A stretch of 32,000 nt of DNA from positions 237,611 to 269,610 of the forward strand of contig JAZDEL010000002.1 in NCBI GenBank assembly GCA_043808785.1, in the 5' to 3' direction. The translations under genes and the position numbers were made by a program. Of this stretch, positions 22,688 through 29,068 are shown in pieces (positions within the stretch are counted from its first letter, which is position 1; every line of letters starts with the position of its first letter). The notes under the pieces are model-generated. The model saw only the letters and a list, made by a program, of their open reading frames with translations, was not told the DNA's origin and did not search any database. This DNA is from Candidatus Iainarchaeum sp. (GTDB taxonomy: Archaea; Iainarchaeota; Iainarchaeia; Iainarchaeales; JAZDEL01).

Positions 22688-24196
22688 ATGCCCGAACTCG
22701 AGAACGACCTGATGAACCTTGCGCTCAGGCGCTCGCTTTTCTACCCCTCCGCTGAAATTTACCCGTCAGCGCCTTCGGGCTTCTGGGAGTTCGCGATGGA
22801 AGGCGCCGCAATACGCAGGAATATTGTTTCAATGTGGCGCCGCCTGCTTGTGAATGCCGAGGGCATGATTGAAATTTTCGGTTCGCAAATCCTGCCAAAG
22901 GAGGCTTTTGAGGCTTCCGGGCACCTTGCGAATTTCAACGACCCACTTTCCCAGTGCACAAAATGCCGCGCGCTCTGGCGCGTCGACACGCTGCTTGCGG
23001 AGCACGTGAACGTGAACTTTCCCGAGGGAATGCCTGCCTCAAAATTCGACGAACTTATAAAAAAGCACAAACTGAAATGCAAAAAGTGCGGCTCGGAGTT
23101 AGGGGCGACAAAGCGCTTCAACCTTATGATGGGCATGGAAATCGGCGCAACAGGCGCGCAGAAAGGTTACTTGCGCCCTGAAACAGCGCAGAACATTTTC
23201 CTTGATTTCGCGCGCATTTACAGGAGCGGGCGCGTCAACCTGCCGTTCGGAATCGCACAGGCGGGCCAGTCCTTCCGCAATGAAATCGCCCCGCGCAATT
23301 CGCTGCTCCGCGCCCGCGAATTCGGCCAGATGGAGTGCGAAATTTTCTTTAATCCCGAAAAAATAAATGAAGTGGAAAGGTTTGAGGAAGTGAAGGGTTA
23401 CAAACTCAACCTGCTTCTCCTCAAAAGCAAATCCGTCCAGAAAATTTCCTGCTCCGACGCTGTGGGCAAAAAAATAGTTTCAGGAAAGCTCGTTGCGTAT
23501 TACCTCGCCCGCACACAGCAGTTATATGAAAAATTCGGCCTGCCCGAAAAGATTATGCGCTTCCGCGAACTCGACAGCGATGAGCGTGCTTTTTACGCAA
23601 AGGAAACATGGGATTTCGAGGTTGAAACGCCCAACGGCTGGGTCGAGCTTGTTGCATGCAATTACCGCACGGATTACGACCTCAAGGCGCACGCGGAAAA
23701 AAGCAAAAAGGAAATCACGGTAACAGAGGACGGCAAAAGGTTCGTGCCGCATGTTTTCGAGCTTTCCGCGGGCGTTGACAGGACGCTCTTTGCCGTGCTC
23801 GGCACCCTGATGAAAAAGGAAAAGCGCGGCCCCGAGGAGCGCATTTATCTGGGCATTCCCGCGCGCCTTGCCCCTTCGCAGTGCGCGGTTTTCCCGCTCG
23901 TGAAAAAGGACGGCCTCTACGAAAAGGCGATGGAAATTTACCGCGAACTCGGTGCGCACGGCTTCGACGTTTTGTTCGATGAAAAGGGCTCCATAGGAAA
24001 GAGATATGCCCGCGTGGACGAGGTGGGCGTGCCGTATGCAATAACCGTGGATTACGAAACCCTCAGCGGAAAAACAAAGGGCACCGTGACTTTGCGCGAA
24101 AGGAACAGCATGGCCCAGAAGCGCGTAAAGGCTGCGGAACTCCCCCGGCACCTCTGGAAGCTGCTTTCTCAGGGGAAAACCGATGATTTAAAATAG
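22688..24196 (+). CDS. glyS: glycine--tRNA ligase (archaeal/eukaryotic-type class II)
   Basis: FYPSAEIYPSAPSGFWEF, the class II motifs (FRNEIAPRNSLLRAREFGQMECEIF; GVDRTLFAVL) and a C-terminal anticodon-binding block (VFPLVKKDG...IGKRYARVDEVGVPYAITVD). I set the start at ATG 22688. Confidence 0.9.
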   Translation: MPELENDLMNLALRRSLFYPSAEIYPSAPSGFWEFAMEGAAIRRNIVSMWRRLLVNAEGMIEIFGSQILPKEAFEASGHLANFNDPLSQCTKCRALWRVDTLLAEHVNVNFPEGMPASKFDELIKKHKLKCKKCGSELGATKRFNLMMGMEIGATGAQKGYLRPETAQNIFLDFARIYRSGRVNLPFGIAQAGQSFRNEIAPRNSLLRAREFGQMECEIFFNPEKINEVERFEEVKGYKLNLLLLKSKSVQKISCSDAVGKKIVSGKLVAYYLARTQQLYEKFGLPEKIMRFRELDSDERAFYAKETWDFEVETPNGWVELVACNYRTDYDLKAHAEKSKKEITVTEDGKRFVPHVFELSAGVDRTLFAVLGTLMKKEKRGPEERIYLGIPARLAPSQCAVFPLVKKDGLYEKAMEIYRELGAHGFDVLFDEKGSIGKRYARVDEVGVPYAITVDYETLSGKTKGTVTLRERNSMAQKRVKAAELPRHLWKLLSQGKTDDLK

Positions 24197-24297
24197 TTGC
24201 TACGCCTAATTTCTTTTGCTTTGGGTTTAAGTTTTCCCCAGGCTTTTGGAAGCGGGATTGAGCCCAAGCGAAATCCCGCACTCCGAAAAGGCTGAGC

Positions 24298-24384
24298 GCC
24301 AGGGTAGCTCAATGGCAGAGCATTCGCCTCGTAATTCCATCGCGGGCAAGCGAAAGGTTGAGGGTTCAAGTCCCTCCTCTGGCT
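24298..24384 (+). tRNA. tRNA-Thr (anticodon CGU) with 15-nt intron after position 37
   Basis: Acceptor GCCAGGG/CTCTGGC (one G-U pair). D arm GCTC-AATGGCA-GAGC. Anticodon stem TTCGC/GCGAA enclosing CUCGUA + ATTCCATCGCGGGCA + A. T arm GAGGG-TTCAAGT-CCCTC. Discriminator T. Confidence 0.85.
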
Positions 24385-24446
24385 CTTACATCGAATTGCA
24401 AAGCCCAACCTTTGCCCTTTTATATACCAAAGAAAGGGGGTTGTAT

Positions 24447-25715
24447 ATGGCTAAGCAGGATTTGGATGTAATAGACATCCACGGTTTTCGGAGGCAGTTA
24501 GACCATGTAATAGAGCGGAAGGTCAAGTGCCTCAAGCACGGCAATGCGGAGCGGCTTCTCCGCTGGGAGGATGAATACCGCTTCAAGGGCAGGCCCGTCA
24601 GCCTTGCAAGAAAGGTCAAGTTCCTTTGGATAATGTGCAACGTCTCGGAGATAATCGATGCGCCATTGGAGCCATTTGCCGAGGCACAGATTGAGAAGGT
24701 AATGCGGGCGATAACAAAGCGGGATTACGGAACGCACACCCTGTGCGAGTTCTCGAAGGATGTCTCGGTTTGGGTTCGCTGGATAAGTCCGAAGAATAGT
24801 CACGACATACTCAAGGAATCCGAGAAGTGGCTCAAGATTGAGAACCCTTACAACGACAGCAGGCGCAGCCTTAAAATCAAGCAGCAGCTCATAACTCCCG
24901 ATATGTTCCTCAAACTGCTCAATGCCGCGGAAGGGGACGAGCGCACAATCGCGGTCTTGTTTTACGGCTGCGGCTTCCGCCCGGGCGAGGTCGGGAGCAT
25001 AAGGCGCAGCGGGGTCACATTCAACGCTGACGGCAGTTGCGACCTTGATACTCTCGGCAAGACAGGCTATCGCGGGCCCGTAAGGCTGCGCTCCGACTTG
25101 GCAGGCTATGTCAGGCAGACATATGAGAACGCAAAGCTCAAGGCACCAGATGCCCCGCTGCTGCTGAACAGCAGAGGCAAGCCGCTGAAATACGGGTGCA
25201 TTGTTTTCACGCTGCAAAAGGTTTCAGTGATGGCAGGGCTTGGCAAGTGGGAATACCACGGCAACGGAAAAACAAAACACAAGGTCTATTCAGGCATACC
25301 AATCCGCCCAACGATTTTCAGGCAAACCCACACGACCTGGTGCCTGAAAAACATGAGCACCCAGATGGCTTGCAAGCGGATATGGGGTCGGGAGCACTCA
25401 AACATGATGCGCGTCTATTCGGGCATTACCTCCGAGGATGCGAACTCGGAGTATGACCAAGCTACTGGCAACAATCCTGTACAGGCGCCAAAGGATGACC
25501 TACTGAAAATGCGGGCTTGCTTCAAGTGCGGCAAGGTGTATGCTCCCACAAAAGAGGTTTGCGACATATGCAACATAGACCTGAACCCCGAGAAAATGAT
25601 GGAAAAGGTCGAGAATGCTCAGCGGGCGGATACGATGCTTGCCATCATTCAGGAACTGAGCCAGAGGGTTAAATCACTTGAAGGGGGCATACCTGCGAGG
25701 GCTGGCGGAATATAA
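24447..25715 (+). CDS. tyrosine recombinase / integrase with C-terminal zinc-ribbon
   Basis: Catalytic-type blocks FRPGEVGSIRRSG (Arg I), IRPTIFRQTHTTW (H-x-x-R region) and GREHSNMMRVYSGI (His/Tyr). C-terminal CFKCGKVYAPTKEVCDICN. ATG at 24447 is preceded by TATA-like CTTTTATATACC and AGGGGG. The tracked ORF start (24246) reads through the tRNA and was rejected. Confidence 0.85.
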   Translation: MAKQDLDVIDIHGFRRQLDHVIERKVKCLKHGNAERLLRWEDEYRFKGRPVSLARKVKFLWIMCNVSEIIDAPLEPFAEAQIEKVMRAITKRDYGTHTLCEFSKDVSVWVRWISPKNSHDILKESEKWLKIENPYNDSRRSLKIKQQLITPDMFLKLLNAAEGDERTIAVLFYGCGFRPGEVGSIRRSGVTFNADGSCDLDTLGKTGYRGPVRLRSDLAGYVRQTYENAKLKAPDAPLLLNSRGKPLKYGCIVFTLQKVSVMAGLGKWEYHGNGKTKHKVYSGIPIRPTIFRQTHTTWCLKNMSTQMACKRIWGREHSNMMRVYSGITSEDANSEYDQATGNNPVQAPKDDLLKMRACFKCGKVYAPTKEVCDICNIDLNPEKMMEKVENAQRADTMLAIIQELSQRVKSLEGGIPARAGGI

Positions 25716-25734
25716 TCCAAAACGGAGGCAGATG

Positions 25735-25764
25735 CAGTTAGATTTCTAACTGGAGGGCTTTTTG
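25735..25764 (+). terminator. hairpin + T-tract after the integrase gene
   Basis: CAGTTAGA (25735-25742) TT TCTAACTG (25745-25752) forms a perfect 8-bp stem, followed by CTTTTTG. Confidence 0.4.
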
Positions 25765-25841
25765 AAGGCACTTTTAGCCGAAACTGAGCCCTCTTCTGCC
25801 TTTTGGTTTCCGATGAATAAGCGCATTTTCCCTTGCGCACG

Positions 25842-26447
25842 CTAACTGCTTTTTGAACCCCAAACATAATTTTTGATTTCATCCTGTAGCCTTGCGGCTT
25901 CCTTTGCCTTGCTTTCATCAATCCCCAGACTTTCGTAAGTTTCACCATACTCCTCAGGCAGTGCACGTCCCATTTTGACAACGTTTGCTATGCCCGCCTT
26001 CCGTAGCCCGTCAGAATATTTATTAGCATCAAACCTCAAACTTGCCAATTCCTGCTGATGTTCAGGGCTCTGCTGCTTAAGCGCGTCATCAAGTGCAATC
26101 GGCAACAGCATAATCGAAATAACCGCAAACACAAGCAGCAGCGCAGCCGAACCTTTAATTATCCACCAAAAAACAACCAACGGATTCAAGTTGTAGCTCT
26201 TCTTCTGCACCTCAAGCAGTTTCTTGTTCGTGTCCCTCAAATCGTCAATTACGTGCTGCTGCGCTGCCAGCGCGGCTTCGTCACCCCACCGTTTCCTGAT
26301 GTAATCGATGTCCTCATTCCCATGCCCGAGAATCCTGTGAGCAGTCCCAAGAACCTTCGCAGCAGCGTCCATGAACTTGTGTACAGCCTCATACTCGTTC
26401 CCGAAAAGCAGAAGGCTCCTCAATCTGTGAAAAACACCACTCGGCAT
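25842..26447 (-). CDS. hypothetical membrane protein (201 aa)
   Basis: ATG at 26447 with the palindromic TATA TTTATAAA at 26474-26481. Central TM segment(s) LVVFWWIIKGSAALLLVFAVISIMLLPIAL. The N-terminal soluble part carries H-rich spots (AHRILGHGNEDIDYI). Confidence 0.65.
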   Translation of the reverse strand: MPSGVFHRLRSLLLFGNEYEAVHKFMDAAAKVLGTAHRILGHGNEDIDYIRKRWGDEAALAAQQHVIDDLRDTNKKLLEVQKKSYNLNPLVVFWWIIKGSAALLLVFAVISIMLLPIALDDALKQQSPEHQQELASLRFDANKYSDGLRKAGIANVVKMGRALPEEYGETYESLGIDESKAKEAARLQDEIKNYVWGSKSS

Positions 26448-26510
26448 ATAAGATTTCTATTACAGCCATGGCGTTTATAAATGTCCCGAGGGTGCGTTTC
26501 CACTGCGCCG

Positions 26511-27968
26511 TTACCCTGCCAGCCCGATAACATTCATCTCTGCCTTAGCGCCAGCTGCAGATCCCAATTGTCCAAACTGACAATTTGTGCATGCGGGGTC
26601 AAGGTAATACCAATTTCCATCTACTTGAACATTAACGAGCGCGTGGTTTGGGGAGAATGCAACACCGCCGTTCACATAGTATGAAATGTCATGTTCTGTG
26701 TCCTGAATCACAATTCGAACTGGGAACCCTACAGACAACATCATAGATGCGAGCAGTACTGACTTGTCCGCGCAATTTCCCGCCTTAAACTTCAGCGTGG
26801 CAGAAGGCGACTGCACCTGCTGGTGCAGAACGAGCGGAGTTTGGACATATTTGATTTCATCTCTGGCATAAATAAAAATTGCATTTGCCTGCTGAATTGT
26901 TCGGTCCCCTTCATAAGCGGCTGCACGCTGCGCCGCAATACTTCTCACATTCGGGTCGATAGGGTTGATTGGTTTAAGCAAATCGCTATACTCATAAATT
27001 GTCGTAAACATTTGGCTACCGCTGAACTCAAACTCTACATCTGGCACACCCTTCTCAATAAGGCCCTCCAGTTTTTCAAGCGCCTCAATTCTTGGGTATA
27101 ATGTGGCGCACCCCCCGAAACTCAAGTTAATCAATTTTGAAGCCTCTGGTTTTTCAAGCACAAACGTTTTGCAGTCAGCCGCATCCTTTTGGAGCGCCAC
27201 CCTGACATTTTTAATAATATAAAGTTTTGGCTCTAATGCCCGAATGGTCTTTATGTCACTTCCCTCGTCGATATGCGGCACTATCTCCGTCTGCAGAGTG
27301 CAAAGCGAACTCGCATCCCTTAGCAGTATGTCGGTTACTTCTTTGCCATCTTTGAAGTTGCCTAGCATATTTTCAGAATAAGTCGGGTAGAATCCTGCAA
27401 ATGCATTTGGTGCCTTCTCTTTCAACTCGTTTAACGCAACATCTGCCTCTGTAACTTCGGGTATTATTTCGACGAACCCCGCGTTAAATTTAGATATGTA
27501 TTCCATCGCCTTGCATGGGTCATTGCTCTGTGCACCGGGTACTTGTGCCTCGACACTTATAACTGCAGCATCTACGGCTGTGTTGCCAATTTTGCGCATT
27601 GCGTTGCCCGTAAGCTCGGAATTTTCGACCCATTCCCTATTCGCTTGCCTTATTTCTTTAGGAAGCAAAGCAACATAATGCTCAACCATACCATTTTCCT
27701 TTAAGTATGTCGCAAATCCCTCTAAAATTGTGGCGCACCTGTCAATCTCCGCCTTTTTCATTTCAGCTTGTTTGTCGGTTTCTTGGAGTGTCGGGACCCA
27801 TCCACGGACTACAAGGCTATCTGGGCAACTTGCCCACCCCGCACTGAATTCAGCAAACTTTTTGTTGAATTGCTCTGTCTGCGCAGAATCATACGCAAGA
27901 AAAGCCAATCCACAAAGAACTATGCCGACCACTACTGCGCCAATAATGAGGATGGTTTTACGTTGCAT
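26511..27968 (-). CDS. membrane-anchored transglutaminase-like (Cys-His-Asp) domain protein
   Basis: N-terminal TM ILIIGAVVVGIVLCGLAFLAY. The C-terminal core is KAGNCADKSVLLASMMLSVGFPVRIV...NHALVNVQVDGNWYYLDPA. This matches the G-x-C...H...D pattern of the transglutaminase-like superfamily. Confidence 0.7.
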   Translation of the reverse strand: MQRKTILIIGAVVVGIVLCGLAFLAYDSAQTEQFNKKFAEFSAGWASCPDSLVVRGWVPTLQETDKQAEMKKAEIDRCATILEGFATYLKENGMVEHYVALLPKEIRQANREWVENSELTGNAMRKIGNTAVDAAVISVEAQVPGAQSNDPCKAMEYISKFNAGFVEIIPEVTEADVALNELKEKAPNAFAGFYPTYSENMLGNFKDGKEVTDILLRDASSLCTLQTEIVPHIDEGSDIKTIRALEPKLYIIKNVRVALQKDAADCKTFVLEKPEASKLINLSFGGCATLYPRIEALEKLEGLIEKGVPDVEFEFSGSQMFTTIYEYSDLLKPINPIDPNVRSIAAQRAAAYEGDRTIQQANAIFIYARDEIKYVQTPLVLHQQVQSPSATLKFKAGNCADKSVLLASMMLSVGFPVRIVIQDTEHDISYYVNGGVAFSPNHALVNVQVDGNWYYLDPACTNCQFGQLGSAAGAKAEMNVIGLAG

Positions 27969-28041
27969 ACCTATTATGTGAAAGACAAGAATTTTAATGT
28001 TTGCTGCCCCAGCGAAACCTTTTTACGCATGCCTCCGCGCC

Positions 28042-28200
28042 CTCATCACCTCCCCCAAAAGAATTTTTTCATTACGGCTTGTTTTCCTCGGCTTAAGCCT
28101 TTCCCCTGTGGGGTCGGCTCCGCTGCGCTCCGCCTAAAGGCATAATGCCTCCTGAAAACCCACAGCCTCCATGAAAAAATTCACTTTTGGAGGTGATGAG
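28042..28200. repeat. ~30-nt inverted repeat pair bracketing a 98-bp core (divergent control region or MITE-like unit)
   Basis: 28042-28072 is CTCATCACCTCCCCCAAAAGAATTTTTTCAT. The reverse complement of 28171-28200 is CTCATCACCTCCAAAAGTGAATTTTTTCAT. The two are identical except for small indels. Read outward, each arm is ATGAAAAAATTC..TTTTGG(GG)GAGGTGATGAG. Confidence 0.7.
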
Positions 28201-28202
28201 TA

Positions 28203-28313
28203 ATGGCTGCATATCATGCGGATACGCAGGTTTCGCAAAGGGGAAACCCTTTCGACACAGCCGATGACTGCAACTTCTTCGGCAGGAAAACAAACGGGAG
28301 GTGCTCGCCGTGA
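28203..28313 (+). CDS. hypothetical 36-aa ORF (first of three coupled small ORFs)
   Basis: GGAGGTGA SD ends about 7 nt before ATG 28203. Peptide MAAYHADTQVSQRGNPFDTADDCNFFGRKTNGRCSP. The TGA at 28311-28313 overlaps GTG 28310 of the next ORF. It is too short for the ORF track. Confidence 0.35.
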   Translation: MAAYHADTQVSQRGNPFDTADDCNFFGRKTNGRCSP

Positions 28314-28519
28314 ATGTCAAGGAACTTACAGTTTCCGTTTCCCAGAAGGTCAATCTGGGAAATTTCCAATCTAAGGGCATAGGGCTCGGCATAACAGTCG
28401 AACTCAACGATAAAGACGACCTCTTCAAAACCAAACAGCAGTGCGCCGACAAACTCAACCAGATGCTGGACTTTGAAATAAGGAAAATAAAAGTCCAGAA
28501 CGGAAAGGGGGCGGAATAA
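28310..28519 (+). CDS. hypothetical small protein (69 aa)
   Basis: GGGAGGTG SD at 28295-28302, then GTG at 28310 (tracked start GTG 28301). Sequence: NVKELTVSVSQKVNLGNFQSKGIGLGITVELNDKDDLFKTKQQCADKLNQMLDFEIRKIKVQ. The TAA overlaps the next ATG (TAATG). Confidence 0.55.
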   Translation: MNVKELTVSVSQKVNLGNFQSKGIGLGITVELNDKDDLFKTKQQCADKLNQMLDFEIRKIKVQNGKGAE

Positions 28520-28884
28520 TGTCCGCCCCTCTCAAATGCATAGATATGGAAAAACTGAAACAAATCTACGGCGAACCAATCAGCGTTTACACCGAGGAGC
28601 AGGGGCTCAAGGACGGCGTTCTGCATTTCTTCGGCAGGGGCGCGGGAAACCGCCGCCTGCTTTTCACCGACAGCGTGATGGGCGCATTGGCGGAGGGCGG
28701 AAACGCGGAGAAGCGCCCGAACCTCGAAAGGCTAACCGACCTGTTCCTCGAGGGCTTCGAGGCGCTGCGCGAACCCGATGAAGAGGACAGCGAATACATG
28801 AAACTGCGCAAAATCCAGCGCGGGAGGTTCTGGGTTATCGAGGAACTCGGAAAAATAACCCTCATGCTGCCAAGCGACTATTAG
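28519..28884 (+). CDS. hypothetical acidic protein (121 aa)
   Basis: G-rich SD-like stretch AAAGGGGGCGG upstream of ATG 28519. Sequence: MSAPLKCIDMEKLKQIYGEPISVYTEEQGLKDGVLHFFGRG...REPDEEDSEYMKLRKIQRGRFWVIEELGKITLMLPSDY. The stop is followed by the hairpin GGGGGC-ATC-GCCCCC. Confidence 0.6.
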   Translation: MSAPLKCIDMEKLKQIYGEPISVYTEEQGLKDGVLHFFGRGAGNRRLLFTDSVMGALAEGGNAEKRPNLERLTDLFLEGFEALREPDEEDSEYMKLRKIQRGRFWVIEELGKITLMLPSDY

Positions 28885-28900
28885 GGGGCATCGCCCCCTT

Positions 28901-28962
28901 GGCAGGGATGCGCCGAACTTGGCAGAGGCGCGGCGCGCGCGGGTTCAAATCCCGCCCCCGCC
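28901..28962 (+). pseudogene. tRNA-like remnant lacking an anticodon arm
   Basis: GGCAGGG AT GCGCC-GAACTTGGCAGA-GGGCGC-type D-arm-like hairpin, then GCGGG-TTCAAAT-CCCGC (T arm) and CCCCGCC, which pairs with GGCAGGG apart from one A:C mismatch. At 62 nt it is too short for a tRNA. Confidence 0.45.
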
Positions 28963-28965
28963 TTC

Positions 28966-29008
28966 GGGCGCCGCTTAGTTGGGCAGAGGCGGGCGGCGCC
29001 CTTTATTT
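28966..29008 (+). terminator. GC-rich hairpin + T-tract at the GC/AT composition boundary
   Basis: GGGCGCCGC (28966-28974) pairs perfectly with GCGGCGCCC (28993-29001). TTTATTT follows. Confidence 0.45.
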
Positions 29009-29030
29009 ACGTATGCAGGCGTGTCGTTAA

Positions 29031-29041
29031 CTATATTAATT
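29031..29041 (+). promoter_or_regulatory. TATA box of the DAC-like gene
   Basis: CTATATTAATT lies 28-38 nt upstream of ATG 29069. Confidence 0.4.
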
Positions 29042-29068
29042 GTTTTTGGGAGAAGGCTATATTGTCCT

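Larger units (their letters stand above)
24385..28962. mobile_element. putative integrated element / genomic island adjoining tRNA-Thr (right boundary uncertain)
   Basis: An integrase gene starts 63 nt after the tRNA 3' end. The cargo genes have no housekeeping identity. A tRNA-like remnant lies at 28901-28962. I could not find an exact direct repeat of the tRNA-Thr 3' end. Confidence 0.45.

Noticed and set aside
24246-24446. N-terminal extension of the integrase ORF
   Set aside because: It reads straight through tRNA-Thr. A TATA box and an SD-like element precede the internal ATG at 24447.
27121-27160. Candidate attR (CCTCTGG..TTCAAG) resembling the tRNA-Thr 3' end
   Set aside because: Only 7-nt and 6-nt fragments match, in the wrong order and inside a coding region. 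This is consistent with chance.
28093-28626. 177-aa minus-strand ORF
   Set aside because: It is antisense to the SD-preceded, coupled small ORFs and runs through the inverted-repeat core. Its composition is S/L/F-rich.
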